Positions 51,338-62,729 of a stretch of 64,000 bases of DNA are shown one piece after another. A model generated the notes under the pieces. It saw nothing but the letters and a program-made list of their open reading frames with translations. It searched no databases and had not been told where the DNA came from. This DNA comes from an uncultured cyanobacterium (lineage in GTDB: Bacteria > Cyanobacteriota > Cyanobacteriia > Cyanobacteriales > Cyanobacteriaceae): NCBI GenBank assembly GCA_963749915.1, contig CAVVOP010000022.1, positions 384,001 through 448,000 of the forward strand, read 5' to 3'. Numbering within the stretch: position 1 is the stretch's first letter; every line of letters begins with the position of its first letter. Position numbers and translations under genes: made by a program.

Positions 51338-52504
51338 TTAATGATGGTGGTGATGGTGATGATCTCCATGATTGTGATTATGATCATGATGATGTCCACG
51401 GGTGTGACTACCAGTGGCTAGGCTAGGATTAATCACCATTGCAGTTTCTGTGAGTAAAGATTCAATGAGAGGATTCGCCCATTCTGCGGCGATCGCACAA
51501 AATTCATCGTTATCGTTAACGCACTCCATCTGTACATAATTGACAGTAGGATATTTTCTTTGTAAGGTTTCGATAATATGCTCAACATCTAACAAAGTTT
51601 CATGATTTTCCGTAGCGAAGCCAATGGGCATAAAGACTAAGGCTTTTGCCCCTAACTCGATAAGATTTCTACCGGCTAATTCGGCGTTGGGTTGAGTCCA
51701 TTTTATCAACGGTGTCTGATGATTTAACCAACCAACGGAAATCATAGGGAAACGATTGATAAGTTTTTCTCTCACTAAGTCATATAATTTTTGACTTTCA
51801 TCAATGCCAGAAGTGAATCCTTTGGCTTCATGAGGACAACCGTGATTCATTAAAACAATCCCGATTTCTGAGGGTAAATAGGCTGAACTTAAACGATTAC
51901 TTATTTCTTTTTCCACCATTTTAGCCAACAAATCGATGTATTTCGGTTCATTATAAAAAGAAGGTAGATAACGCATGGATTTAATCCAATGTTCTTCTAA
52001 ATTCGTCGGTTTTGCCAAGGCTTGGTTGACTTGTTCTACGGCTATACCACTGGTGAAAATTGAATCTACTACTAACAAGGGATAGATCAATATTTTATCA
52101 AAGCCTTCGGCTTGGATTTCCGCCAACACCTGATGAGGTAAATTCGGAGCACAAAAATTGAAAGCCTTAAATACCTTAACTCGATCCCCCCATGTATGTC
52201 TAAGATGATGTTCTATGTTATGCCGTTGACGCTCAAAAATGGCGTTATGGGGGGAGATAAAATTACCATGCTGATGACTCCACTCGTGTAAGTCAAACAT
52301 AGCCAATAATTTAGCGATGGGGGGATATATCCATGTTGGCACAGGGGCGAATTTTGCTGTCAAAAGATTCAACGCCTGTTCGTTATAGTTAGCAAAGTCA
52401 TCATAACTTTCTACTTCGCCGTATCCCATTAATAACACCGCTACTTTATCCTGAGAATTTACTGGGGAGTTGGTGTCGATAATTCTTTCTGGAGTTGCAA
52501 CCAC
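51338..52504 (-). CDS. Ferrochelatase-family chelatase with His-rich C-terminus
   Basis: VAVLLMGYG, LIYPL, MNHG, WTQP, FATENHETLLDV; tail HHHDHNHNHGDHHHHHHH. Confidence 0.8.
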   Translation of the reverse strand: MVATPERIIDTNSPVNSQDKVAVLLMGYGEVESYDDFANYNEQALNLLTAKFAPVPTWIYPPIAKLLAMFDLHEWSHQHGNFISPHNAIFERQRHNIEHHLRHTWGDRVKVFKAFNFCAPNLPHQVLAEIQAEGFDKILIYPLLVVDSIFTSGIAVEQVNQALAKPTNLEEHWIKSMRYLPSFYNEPKYIDLLAKMVEKEISNRLSSAYLPSEIGIVLMNHGCPHEAKGFTSGIDESQKLYDLVREKLINRFPMISVGWLNHQTPLIKWTQPNAELAGRNLIELGAKALVFMPIGFATENHETLLDVEHIIETLQRKYPTVNYVQMECVNDNDEFCAIAAEWANPLIESLLTETAMVINPSLATGSHTRGHHHDHNHNHGDHHHHHHH

Positions 52505-52736
52505 AATTGTTTCCCTAACTAACTAAGTGTTTTTATCCATTATAGGGGGATATTTGTAAATTTATAGGGGGATATTTTTAAATAATGAATTAATGAAAAA
52601 AAGAGGAGAAAAGGAAGACATCAGGTATGTATAAATGGGGAAGAATGGATAAATAATTTAAACGAAGAGAGGGAAAAAACCATTTCCATCCAAGTCAGCC
52701 GCCTAGAAACTTGACCTAGTAAATCATACGTAAGTA

Positions 52737-52863
52737 GGGCTTGCTGAATAAAATACTAAAATTTTCATCTGTAATAAGAATTTGACACTAACATAAGCTC
52801 TACTTGTTTTTTCTTTAATCTTTCATAGATTGAATAAAGGTTTAAATTTTTATCGGCAAGCCC
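52737..52863. mobile_element. ~127-bp MITE flanked by TA
   Basis: TA-GGGCTTGCTGAATAAAA ... TTTTATCGGCAAGCCC-TA; solitary matching end at 51063-51076. Confidence 0.7.
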
Positions 52864-52920
52864 TAATTATATTTACTAGTATTTAAAATATGTATAACTT
52901 GTTTCAAAAAAGCCCTGATT

Positions 52921-53031
52921 ATAAAGTTTTCGTAAAGCTTTTATATAAAGATTATGTGAAATGTTCGCATTTATAATGATTATGTAAAATGCAAAAAAAA
53001 AACAGTTATTTTCAAAAAAACTGTTTATACT
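52921..53031 (+). promoter_or_regulatory. Shared glycan-gene promoter motif, copy 3 (upstream of WecB/TagA gene)
   Basis: ATAAAGTTTTCGTAAA (52921), ATAAAGATTATGTGAA (52945), ATAATGATTATGTAAA (52973); TATACT at 53026. Confidence 0.65.
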
Positions 53032-53125
53032 TAAATAAATAAACGGTCTTTACTTAAATAAATAGGTTTAAGTGCGCAAGATAATTTATTAGAAAAAAAG
53101 TGAATGCCAGAGGTGTCTAGCATAT

Positions 53126-54356
53126 ATGAATAATCAATCTTTAATCCCTGTAAAATACCTGCTCAATTCTCCCATTACCTCCTTGCCCTTTGAGGAACAG
53201 ATTTTCTTAATCTTAAAATGGGCAAGAATGCGTCTGAGTAAAACCGTTTGTCTAGCAAATGTTCACATGGTGATGGAATCCTACTGGCATCAAGAATTTG
53301 CTAAAGTCCTGGAAGCCGCCGATATAGTTGCCCCAGATGGGATGCCTTTGGTTTGGATGCTCAAAAAAATGGGAGTGTATAGCCAAGATCGTGTTGCAGG
53401 TATGGATGTCTTTCTGCGTTTATGCCATCTCAGTGCCCTTTCTCAAATCAGTGTTTTTTTTGTAGGATCTGAAAGAGAAGTTCTCGAACAGATGAGGAAA
53501 AGATTAGAGGCTGAATTTCCTCATTTGCAGATTGCTGGCATGGAACCTTTGCCTTTTCGTCCAACGACTCCTGCCGAAGAAGAAAACTTGATCAACCAGA
53601 TTAACAGCAGTGGTGCTGGGTTAGTTTTTGTGTGTTTGGGATGTCCGAAACAGGAATACTGGATGGCTAAGCACCAAAATAAAATCCAATCAGTTATGCT
53701 TGGTATAGGAGCCGTTTTTTCTATATATGCTGGCATTCAAAAGAGAGCTCCTCGCCTCATTAGGAATATAGGTTTGGAATGGTTATACCGTTTAATGCAA
53801 GAACCTTTCAGACTCTGGAATCGTTACAGTCAGACGATTCCGCCTTTTATCTGGTTAGCCTTACGACAACTCAAAAGAAGGCAAGTCAAACCTCCCTATA
53901 CAAAGGAATTAGCCCTCGCCTTCAATCCTATTCTTGAAGATCATTCTCTTGACAGTGATACGTTTGATTGCTTCCCGGAGAATTTCAAACCATCGAAAAT
54001 TGGTGAAATTTTGCTAAGGCAAAATTTGGTATCTGAAACTTCTTTGTCCATAGCCCTAGAAAAACAGCATATTAAAAATGAAAAATTAGGTGAAATTTTA
54101 GTGAATCAAGAGGATATTTCTCAAGCTGAACTCGAATACCATCTGAAAAATCAAAGAATAAAGTTGGGCGAGCTTTTAGTTGAGAAGAAGAATCGTTTCT
54201 CAATCCCAATTAAACCGATGGCTAAAGATTCAAAAATCGGTTAACAAGAAGTTGGGAGAGATTATAGTTGAACAAAAAATTCTTTCCCATGAGCAGCTCA
54301 AGCAGTTTTTGATTGAGCAATATTGTCGCAAACAAGGTCTGTGGCTAACAATATAA
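53126..54356 (+). CDS. WecB/TagA/CpsF glycosyltransferase with C-terminal MshEN-like repeats; frameshift near 54190
   Basis: ANVH, PDGMPLVW, RVAGMD, LGCPKQE, GLEWLYRL..EP.RLW.RY; C-terminal K(I/L)GE(I/L)(L/I)...L...L..Q repeats continue in the +1 frame to TAA 54356. Confidence 0.85.
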
Positions 54357-54458
54357 TTAATTGGGGTTTGGTGAACTACCTACAATGTAATCTCTGATTG
54401 AGTGTAGGTAGTTCACTTTATCATAACAACTGTGGAAGAACCTATATTTTAACTTACC

Positions 54459-56228
54459 TTACATTCCTGTTTGCACCCGCCATAAACTTTCATAAATACC
54501 TTGTTGTGCCACTAATTTTTCATGTGTGCCTTGTTCAACAATTTTTCCTTTTTCTAACACGTATACACAATCCGCGTGACGAATGGTAGAAAGACGGTGA
54601 GCTATCATAATAGTTGTACGGTTTTCTGTAATATGTTTTAAAGATCTGGCGATCGCCGCTTCCGTTTCATTATCCACCGCTGAAGTTGCCTCGTCGAGAA
54701 TAAGAATAGGAGGATTTTTAAGAATTGCCCTTGCAATAGAAAGCCTTTGCCGTTGCCCCCCAGAAAGTTTTTGCCCTCTTTCGCCGACAATGGTATCATA
54801 ACCTTGGGGCAACTCAACGATAAATTCGTGGGCTTCTGCCATTTGAGCCGCGTTAATAATATCTTCATCTCTGGCGTTAGGGCTACCATAGGCAATATTC
54901 TCCCTCACACTGCCATGAAACAAAAACACATCTTGACTCACTAAACCAATGGCACGGCGTAAATCATATAAAACAATATCTTTAAGGTTGATACCATCAA
55001 GGATGATATTGCCCGATTGAATTTCGTAAAAACGCAATAATAACTTAACTATAGTACTTTTTCCCGAACCTGTCGAACCCACAATTGCAATGGTAGAAGT
55101 GGCAGGAATCGTCAAGTTAAAATTTTTGATGACTGGTTCTCTTTCGTGGTAGGCAAAGGTTATATTATTAAATTGGATTTCGCCTTTGACAGAGTTGATA
55201 GGTAAGGGTAAATCTCCAGAATGAATCGTCATGGGAGTGTCTAAAACATTCATCACCCTTGAAGTGGAAGCCATTGCCCGTTGATATAAGTCGAGGGTTT
55301 GCCCTAAACGAGTCAAGGGCCAAAGTAACCGTTGTGTCATGAAAACCAAAACACTGTAAGTACCAACAGTTAAGTTCCCTTTTTCGACTTCTAAGCCACC
55401 GAAAAGTAAAATGCTCGTGAATCCTGCCAAAATAATAAACCGAATTAATGGTACAAAGGCGGCACTCAATATAATCGCTTTTTGATTACTTTGTAAGTAC
55501 GCTTCACTATCTTTTCTTACCCGTTCAATTTCATATTGTTCCGTGGTAAAACTTTTAATAGTCGTGATACCCGACAAATTATTAGCTAAACGACTATTAA
55601 GCAGACTTACTTTTTCTCTGACTGCCATGTAACGAGGGGCTAAAAATTTTTGAAAAGTAACGGCACCCCAGATGATAACGGGAATAGGAATAATAGTCAT
55701 CCATGCGGTGTTAGGGGTTAAGAAGAAAAAAGCAGCACTAATCACCACCACAGTGGTTAAAACCTGTAAAATTTCATTAGCACCAACATCCAAAAACCTC
55801 TCTAATTGATTAATGTCATCATTAAGAATCGCTAAAAGTCCCCCAGTGCTATTATTCTCAAAATACTCTAACTCTAAATTCTGAATATGACCATAAGCAT
55901 CAAGCCGTAAATCATGTTGAATATTTTGGGCAAGAGTACGCCATAAACGCTCATATGCGTACTCAAAAACTGATTCTAAAGTCCAAATAAGTACCGATAA
56001 TAAGGTTAAAACCACTAATTGATGAAAAACATCCTTTACCCCGAAATGAGCAATGAAAGAGTCTTCCCGTTGGACTACTACATCCACCGCCGCCCCAATC
56101 AATACCGGTGGTGCTAAATCAAATAACTTATTTAAAACTGAACAAGTTACAGCCTGATAAATTGTAGTTTGATATTTATGAGAATATTTGAGTAAACGGG
56201 ATAGAGGATGAGCACTGGAATTATTCAT
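54459..56228 (-). CDS. ABC transporter permease/ATP-binding protein (MsbA-like)
   Basis: TM domain, [28 protein letters not shown]. Confidence 0.93.
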   Translation of the reverse strand: MNNSSAHPLSRLLKYSHKYQTTIYQAVTCSVLNKLFDLAPPVLIGAAVDVVVQREDSFIAHFGVKDVFHQLVVLTLLSVLIWTLESVFEYAYERLWRTLAQNIQHDLRLDAYGHIQNLELEYFENNSTGGLLAILNDDINQLERFLDVGANEILQVLTTVVVISAAFFFLTPNTAWMTIIPIPVIIWGAVTFQKFLAPRYMAVREKVSLLNSRLANNLSGITTIKSFTTEQYEIERVRKDSEAYLQSNQKAIILSAAFVPLIRFIILAGFTSILLFGGLEVEKGNLTVGTYSVLVFMTQRLLWPLTRLGQTLDLYQRAMASTSRVMNVLDTPMTIHSGDLPLPINSVKGEIQFNNITFAYHEREPVIKNFNLTIPATSTIAIVGSTGSGKSTIVKLLLRFYEIQSGNIILDGINLKDIVLYDLRRAIGLVSQDVFLFHGSVRENIAYGSPNARDEDIINAAQMAEAHEFIVELPQGYDTIVGERGQKLSGGQRQRLSIARAILKNPPILILDEATSAVDNETEAAIARSLKHITENRTTIMIAHRLSTIRHADCVYVLEKGKIVEQGTHEKLVAQQGIYESLWRVQTGM

Positions 56229-56395
56229 TTTACCGCTAGGATTAGTTGGTAGGGAAGGATCTCACTAGTGAGAAAATGCGTAAATGAAACAGGGGTTTAA
56301 AATTCGTATAAGTACTGATAAGTACTGAAAATAAACGGTTTTTCATTCCGCATTCTGCATTCTTAATTCTGCATTCAACCACTAGTGTAGATTAT

Positions 56396-56737
56396 TTACT
56401 TATCAAAAAATTGGCTCAAGAAACCAGATACAATAGATACAAGAATTGAGCCAAAAAGTGCGTCAAAAAAACCTTTAACTTCAAATCCAGGAGTAAAATA
56501 GGCTACTAACCAAAAACAAAGGGCGTTAACCACGAATAAGAATAAACCAAGACTGAGAATTGTCGCGGGAAGAGTGAATAAAATTAAAATTGGTTTGACA
56601 ATCCCATTTACTATCCCAAAAACAAACGCCCCTACCAAGGCAGCAGAAGTGCTACTGATAACGATCCCCGGAATAATATAGGCAGTAACAACCATAGAGA
56701 TTGCCGTAACTATTAAAGTTATAATAAATTCTGTCAT
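56396..56737 (-). CDS. YvlD/DUF360 (phage holin family 4-like) membrane protein
   Basis: VNGIVKPILILFTLP..ILSLGLFLFVVNA. Confidence 0.85.
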   Translation of the reverse strand: MTEFIITLIVTAISMVVTAYIIPGIVISSTSAALVGAFVFGIVNGIVKPILILFTLPATILSLGLFLFVVNALCFWLVAYFTPGFEVKGFFDALFGSILVSIVSGFLSQFFDK

Positions 56738-56843
56738 AACTATATTTTTTCCTAAAACTAGAAGTTATAGTTATTAAATTAGCAGAAATCAGATTTAAGT
56801 GAGTAACAAAAGAAATAAAATCCTTAGGGAAATAGAAAAAGAA

Positions 56844-57704
56844 TCATTGGCTTATATAGCTTTGATATGTATTTTGTAGCAACATCGCCACTGTCATAGG
56901 TCCTACCCCTCCAGGTACGGGAGTAATATAACTAGCAATTTCTTTGACTTCATTATAAGCAACATCTCCCACTAAACGTCCTTTTCCATCCAACCTTTGA
57001 AGGCGATTAATGCCCACGTCAATGACGACCGCGTTGGGTTTGACCATGTCGGCGGTGATCACTTCCGGTTTTCCGACGGCGGCGATTAATATATCCGCTT
57101 CCCTAGTTACATCCCCTAAGTTAGTAGTTTTTGAATGGGAGATCGTTACGGTGGCATTTTCCTCTAATAACATTAAGGCTAGGGGTTTTCCCACTAAGAT
57201 GCTTCTACCGACAACCACAGCTCTTTTTCCAGTTAATCCGATATTATATTCTTTGAATATCTCCATGACTCCAGTGGGGGTACAACTTCTTAACCCCTTT
57301 TCCCCTCTGACCAATTTGCCTAGGTTGTTAGGGTGAAGTCCATCGGCGTCTTTTTCGGGGATGATTTTATGTAACAAAGCAACGGAATCGAAATGATCAG
57401 GTAATGGTAATTGTACTAAAATGCCGTCAACTTTGGGATCATGGTTTAATTCCTCGATGACGGCTTCTAATTCCCGCTGGCTAATATTAGCGGGAAAATG
57501 TTTCCCAAAGGATGCCATGCCGATTTTTTGACAAGACTTTTCTTTATTTTTAACATAAACCTCACTGGCAGGATTATCTCCTACCATTAACACAGCTAAT
57601 CCGGGGGGTCTTTTTTTTTCGGTAATTTTTTCTTGAATAGCGACTTGCAAATGAGATTGAATTTTTTTTGCTAAATTTTTACCGTCTAAAATCTTAGCTA
57701 CCAT
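56844..57704 (-). CDS. folD: Bifunctional methylenetetrahydrofolate dehydrogenase/cyclohydrolase
   Basis: [48 protein letters not shown]. Confidence 0.96.
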   Translation of the reverse strand: MVAKILDGKNLAKKIQSHLQVAIQEKITEKKRPPGLAVLMVGDNPASEVYVKNKEKSCQKIGMASFGKHFPANISQRELEAVIEELNHDPKVDGILVQLPLPDHFDSVALLHKIIPEKDADGLHPNNLGKLVRGEKGLRSCTPTGVMEIFKEYNIGLTGKRAVVVGRSILVGKPLALMLLEENATVTISHSKTTNLGDVTREADILIAAVGKPEVITADMVKPNAVVIDVGINRLQRLDGKGRLVGDVAYNEVKEIASYITPVPGGVGPMTVAMLLQNTYQSYISQ

Positions 57705-57798
57705 GTTACTATTAATTATCAAAAATAAAATTTGACACATACTTCAAACGATTATAAAAGCAAGTAGTAAGAAAATTTTCTTTATTCAATTAATTTTT

Positions 57799-58188
57799 AT
57801 GAAGTTAGCACTCAAGTCTCTTAGTTTACTTTCACTGTCTTTTTTTTTTGTAATTACTGGTTGTAGCAATTTAATTAAGTTTGGCTTGGCTTCCCCGAAA
57901 TTTATCGAGATTGGTGAGGTTAAAAATCAAAATTATTCGGGTAAAATTATCAAGGTGGAAGGTACTGTACAAAAAGTTATACCTCTACTTGATCTCAAGG
58001 GATTTGAAATTAAAGATCAAACAGACTCTATTTGGGTTGTGACCCAAGATAATATTCCCAGGGTTGGCGATCGCATTTCCATAGGGGGAAAATTAAAATA
58101 TAAAGAGATTGTCATTGGCGAGGAAAAATTTAACGAGTTTTACTTAGATAGTATAGAATCAGCATCCAGTGACAATATCCCAGATTAA
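57799..58188 (+). CDS. Putative lipoprotein with OB-fold
   Basis: Lipobox-like ITGC; VEGTV...IKDQTDSIWV...VGDRISIGG. Confidence 0.65.
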   Translation: MKLALKSLSLLSLSFFFVITGCSNLIKFGLASPKFIEIGEVKNQNYSGKIIKVEGTVQKVIPLLDLKGFEIKDQTDSIWVVTQDNIPRVGDRISIGGKLKYKEIVIGEEKFNEFYLDSIESASSDNIPD

Positions 58189-58269
58189 AAGCATTACATC
58201 ATGACCGGATGATTTTTAAAAGAAACCCGTCCCCCACAATGGGGAAATCTGAACCCATCTGTAGATTAT

Positions 58270-58311
58270 GTATTAATAGCTACAAAATTAAAATAAATCT
58301 ATCCTTAGCAT
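58270..58311 (+). promoter_or_regulatory. NtcA-activated promoter of glnA
   Basis: GTA-TTAATAGC-TAC (58270-58283), 22 nt, TAGCAT (58306-58311): exact GTA-N8-TAC-N22-TAN3T consensus. Confidence 0.9.
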
Positions 58312-58363
58312 TAACAGTTTAAGCACCTAAATAAAGTAAGTAAACTTAAAGGAGAAATAGTTA

Positions 58364-59785
58364 ATGCCCGGAACTCCCCAAGAAGTCTTGAAAATGATTC
58401 AAGATAATAATATTAAAATTATCGACCTCAAATTTATCGATATGCCCGGTACTTGGCAACACTGTTCTTTCTATTATGACCAAATAGATGAGAATTCTTT
58501 TACCGAAGGTGTAGCCTTTGATGGTTCTAGTATTCGCGGTTGGAAAGCTATCAACGATTCGGATATGGCTATGGTTCCTGATCCTAGCACCGCATGGATC
58601 GATCCTTTCTATGCTGAACCCACTTTGAGCATGATTTGTCGTATTAAAGAACCTCGTACCGGTGAATGGTATTCAAGAGATCCTCGTAGTATTGCCGCCA
58701 AGGCAGTAGAATATTTAGCTTCCTGCGGTATAGGTGATACCGCCTATTTTGGTCCTGAAGCCGAATTTTTCATTTTTGATGACGTACGCTTCGATCAAAC
58801 TGAAAATAAAGGTTATTATTATGTCGATAGTATTGAAGGACGTTGGAATTCCGGGCAGTTAGAAGAAGGTGGGAACTTAGGTTATAAACCCGGTTACAAA
58901 CAAGGGTATTTTCCCGTCGCACCTATCGATACAATGCAGGACATACGTACGGAAATGTTATTAACCATGGAAAAATGTGGTGTACCCATCGAAAAACATC
59001 ACCATGAAGTAGCAACCGGTGGTCAAAATGAGTTAGGGATTAAATTCGCGACCCTAGTGGAGGCGGCAGACTATTTAATGACTTATAAATATGTCGTCAA
59101 AAACGTATCCAAAAAATACGGTAAAACCAGTACTTTCATGCCTAAGCCTTTATTTAATGATAATGGTTCCGGGATGCACACTCACCAATCTGTCTGGGAT
59201 AAGGGTGTACCTTTATTTGCGGGAGATAAATATGCTGGTTTAAGTCAAATAGCATTGTATTATATTGGTGGTATTATTAAACACGCTCCCGCCCTTTTAG
59301 CCTTAACTAATCCTACTACAAACTCTTACAAGCGTCTTGTACCGGGTTTTGAAGCTCCTGTAAACTTAGCTTACTCTCAAGGTAACCGTTCAGCTTCTAT
59401 TCGTATTCCCTTATCGGGTGCTAATCCCAAAGCAAAACGTTTAGAGTTTCGTTGTCCTGATGCCACCAGCAACCCTTATTTAGCATTTGCGGCGATGTTA
59501 TGTGCAGGCATTGACGGTATTAAGAGTAAAATCGATCCAGGGGAACCTCTTGATGTAGATATTTATGATCTGTCTCCTGAAGAATTAAGCAAAATCCCTT
59601 CCACTCCAGGATCATTAGAGGCCGCTTTAGAAGCCCTAGAAAAAGATCACGCATTCTTAACTGATACGGGTGTATTTACTGTCGATTTTATCGAAAACTG
59701 GATCGAGTACAAGCTAGATAACGAAGTTAACCCCATGCGCCTCCGTCCTCACCCTTATGAGTTCTCTCTATACTATGACGTTTAG
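58364..59785 (+). CDS. glnA: Glutamine synthetase type I
   Basis: [25 protein letters not shown]...[30 protein letters not shown]. Confidence 0.98.
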   Translation: MPGTPQEVLKMIQDNNIKIIDLKFIDMPGTWQHCSFYYDQIDENSFTEGVAFDGSSIRGWKAINDSDMAMVPDPSTAWIDPFYAEPTLSMICRIKEPRTGEWYSRDPRSIAAKAVEYLASCGIGDTAYFGPEAEFFIFDDVRFDQTENKGYYYVDSIEGRWNSGQLEEGGNLGYKPGYKQGYFPVAPIDTMQDIRTEMLLTMEKCGVPIEKHHHEVATGGQNELGIKFATLVEAADYLMTYKYVVKNVSKKYGKTSTFMPKPLFNDNGSGMHTHQSVWDKGVPLFAGDKYAGLSQIALYYIGGIIKHAPALLALTNPTTNSYKRLVPGFEAPVNLAYSQGNRSASIRIPLSGANPKAKRLEFRCPDATSNPYLAFAAMLCAGIDGIKSKIDPGEPLDVDIYDLSPEELSKIPSTPGSLEAALEALEKDHAFLTDTGVFTVDFIENWIEYKLDNEVNPMRLRPHPYEFSLYYDV

Positions 59786-59844
59786 TCGGCTAGTTCGCAT
59801 CTAGGGTCAGGGAGGCACGCAAAAATAAAGTGCCAATTTAAAAG

Positions 59845-59878
59845 ATTATCTCCTATTACCAAAGTAATGGGAGATAAT
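59845..59878 (+). terminator. Stem-loop downstream of glnA
   Basis: ATTATCTCCTATTAC-CAAA-GTAATGGGAGATAAT; no strong U-tract. Confidence 0.5.
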
Positions 59879-59961
59879 ACTCTGTTGGCGATTATCTCTA
59901 CCACAATAACCTGCAATAATAAATTAGAATTTAGAATTAATCAACAATTAAATAATTTTTT

Positions 59962-60699
59962 ATGGTAGCTTCTTCCTCTGACTTAAAAATTCGTTTACAT
60001 CCCCTTATCAATCAATTGGCAGAAATCATTATTACGACCTGGCAAGAAAATCTCCCTTTATGTATCTATGAATTACCTGAAGGTTTAGGGTATGTAGAAG
60101 GAAAATTAGAGGGTGAAAAATTAACTATTCAAAACTATTGTTATCAGACAAGTCAATTTCGGAAAATGCATCTTGAATTGGCAAAAGTAGGTAATAATTT
60201 AGATATTCTTCACTGCGTCATTTTTCCTCATTGTCAATATCCTTTACCAATGTTTGGTTGTGATATTGTGGCGGGAAAGGCCGGTATTAGTGCCGCTATC
60301 GTTGACTTATCGCCGATTGATGAGCAAAAAATCTTATCTGCCGATTATGAACAACAATTATCGAATTTAGATGAGGCCATTTTCACTGATAAACGGGATT
60401 TACCAACTTGGGGTGATATTTTTTCCCCTTTTTGCCTATTTATTCGCCCGGCTAACAATGAAGAAGAAAAGTTATTTTTAAAAAGAGTAAAAGATTTTTT
60501 AACGATTCATTGTCAAATAGCAAATAAATCTAATCCTGTTTCTGATAATGAAAAATTAGTCTATTTTGAAGGACAAAAAAACTATTGTTTGCAGCAACAG
60601 AAAAATGATAAAACCCGCCGAGTTTTAGAGAAGGCTTTTGGGGTTGAATGGGCAGAAAATTATATGAATTCTGTTTTATTTGATTTACCATCCCTATAA
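59962..60699 (+). CDS. pcyA: Phycocyanobilin:ferredoxin oxidoreductase
   Basis: [45 protein letters not shown]. Confidence 0.96.
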   Translation: MVASSSDLKIRLHPLINQLAEIIITTWQENLPLCIYELPEGLGYVEGKLEGEKLTIQNYCYQTSQFRKMHLELAKVGNNLDILHCVIFPHCQYPLPMFGCDIVAGKAGISAAIVDLSPIDEQKILSADYEQQLSNLDEAIFTDKRDLPTWGDIFSPFCLFIRPANNEEEKLFLKRVKDFLTIHCQIANKSNPVSDNEKLVYFEGQKNYCLQQQKNDKTRRVLEKAFGVEWAENYMNSVLFDLPSL

Positions 60700-60767
60700 A
60701 GTGATTAATAATCAACAGTTGACGGTGAATATTATTTCCTAGTTATCTAGGTTATAAAAATAATTAT

Positions 60768-61403
60768 TTATTTTAGGGTGAAAATTGTGCGATAAACTTT
60801 TTGTCCCTTGTTTAGAGTGGCGATTTCCCTTTCAGTCATCACTTCTAAAGGGTTTTCTATTAACCAAATTTCTGGTTTTAAGGGTTTAAATTGAGGATTT
60901 TCCAAAAAGCGACGGCACATTTCTTCGGCTACTTCTTGAATGTCTGATTGTAAAAATACTTGTCCTTTTTTATTTAAAAATTGTGCTAAAATTTCTACAA
61001 TTTCTGGTTGGACAACTCTTCTTTTTTGATGCTTTTTCTTAAACCAAGGATCGGGAAATTGTATTGTTACTAACTCTAAACTATTCGGCGGTAAAGATCC
61101 TAATAATTCTGGTAAAAAATGATTAATATTTCCATATAAATAGTGGAGATTAGTTAAATTATATTCATCTTTAATTTCCTTGGCTTCGGTTACTAATGCT
61201 TCTCTTATTTCTATGCCTAAATAATTTCTTTGAGGATTTTTTTGTGCCATGTGTAACAAAAAACGCCCCCGCGCACAACCTAAATCGAGATGAAAAGGCA
61301 GAGATAGATTAGAATATACTTGACTCCAATCTGGTATAGAGATTGATTGTTGATACTTGTTACTTAGTGGGTTGACGTGTTGACGCACTCTAACTCTAAC
61401 CAA
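60768..61403 (-). CDS. trmB: tRNA (guanine-N7)-methyltransferase
   Basis: RVRQHVNPL, LDLGCARG, GIEIR, QFPDPWFKKKH, TERE. Confidence 0.95.
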   Translation of the reverse strand: MVRVRVRQHVNPLSNKYQQSISIPDWSQVYSNLSLPFHLDLGCARGRFLLHMAQKNPQRNYLGIEIREALVTEAKEIKDEYNLTNLHYLYGNINHFLPELLGSLPPNSLELVTIQFPDPWFKKKHQKRRVVQPEIVEILAQFLNKKGQVFLQSDIQEVAEEMCRRFLENPQFKPLKPEIWLIENPLEVMTEREIATLNKGQKVYRTIFTLK

Positions 61404-61449
61404 TATATTTATCCTCCTTATCTTTCTTATCTTTATCTTTGCTTATAGG

Positions 61450-62544
61450 TTGATTAGAATTATGAATGTACGTTTTGCCATCGCCAGTGATTTACATATA
61501 GCTTTACCTGAAACCATTGATTCTAATGCCAATCGTTTTCACTTAACCAAATTTAGCATACCAGCCTTAGAAGTCGTTTTACAACACTTAAACACCCTTG
61601 ACCTTGATTTTCTCTTGTTGCCGGGAGATTTAACCCAAGATGGCGAAAAAGTTAATCATCTTTGGTTGCAAGCAAAATTGGCCACTTTACCCTATCCTGT
61701 TTATGTGATTCCGGGTAATCATGATGTGCCTAGTTTAAAAGGAAATGACACTACCATAGCCTTTTCCGAATTTACCCATTATTACCAACAATTTGGCTAT
61801 GAAGACACCACAAATTTAGACTATACCTGTGAAATCGCCAAGGGATTACAATTAGTCGCCCTTAATTCCAATCAATTTAACTTGGAAGGAAAGCAGTTAG
61901 GCCGTCTGACAGAAAATCAGTTTATTTGGTTAGAAGAAACTCTCTCAAAACTCGGTGATAAACTAGTTTTCTTGATGATTCATCATAACGTAATCGAACA
62001 CCTACCCCAACAATCTGATCATATTTTAGGGCAACGATATATGTTAGATAATGCACCTGGTTTATTATCAATACTAGAAAAATATCAAATTAAATTTATT
62101 TTTACAGGACACTTACATATACAAGATATCGCTACTTATAACGGCATTTATGAAATTACCACTGGTTCATTAATTACCTATCCTCATCCCTACCGCATCT
62201 TGGAATTGAAAGATAATCAGTTAACCATCGAATCTCATCGTATCACCCAACTACCGGAAATGGAAAACTTAGCCTATTTTTCGCAAAAATGGACTAGCGA
62301 TCGCTCATTTCCCTTTATGATGAAGATACTAACATCACCGCCTCTAAACTTACCCTTGACAGAAGCTCAAAAATATGCACCACTATTAAAGCATTTTTGG
62401 GCAGATATTGCCCATGGTGATAAACTCTTCCACTTTCCCCAATTACCTGCTGATATTAATCAATATTTTCGGCAATTTGGTGCCATTGATAGCAACGGAC
62501 AACCAAGATTAATTGATAATAATACTAAAATAAACCTACACTAA
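61450..62544 (+). CDS. Calcineurin-like metallophosphoesterase
   Basis: SDLH, PGDL, PGNHD, HH, GHLH. Confidence 0.9.
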   Translation: MIRIMNVRFAIASDLHIALPETIDSNANRFHLTKFSIPALEVVLQHLNTLDLDFLLLPGDLTQDGEKVNHLWLQAKLATLPYPVYVIPGNHDVPSLKGNDTTIAFSEFTHYYQQFGYEDTTNLDYTCEIAKGLQLVALNSNQFNLEGKQLGRLTENQFIWLEETLSKLGDKLVFLMIHHNVIEHLPQQSDHILGQRYMLDNAPGLLSILEKYQIKFIFTGHLHIQDIATYNGIYEITTGSLITYPHPYRILELKDNQLTIESHRITQLPEMENLAYFSQKWTSDRSFPFMMKILTSPPLNLPLTEAQKYAPLLKHFWADIAHGDKLFHFPQLPADINQYFRQFGAIDSNGQPRLIDNNTKINLH

Positions 62545-62729
62545 TAATCACTTTTGCGTCAAGATTAAACAGCCAAAAATCAAAAAAATCTTAAGCTAAA
62601 AATCGATTCAATCTTTAGAAAAGATTACAGTTTTCCCAAAATGAGACAAATAAAGACATCATAGATAGTAGTAGGTATCCCTAAGTAGTTGAGCTAGAAA
62701 AACTAGCTGTCTCTTGAAAATTCTAATTA

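Noticed and set aside
56396..56737. Prophage marker (holin)
   Set aside because: YvlD/DUF360 protein among housekeeping genes with no phage genes nearby
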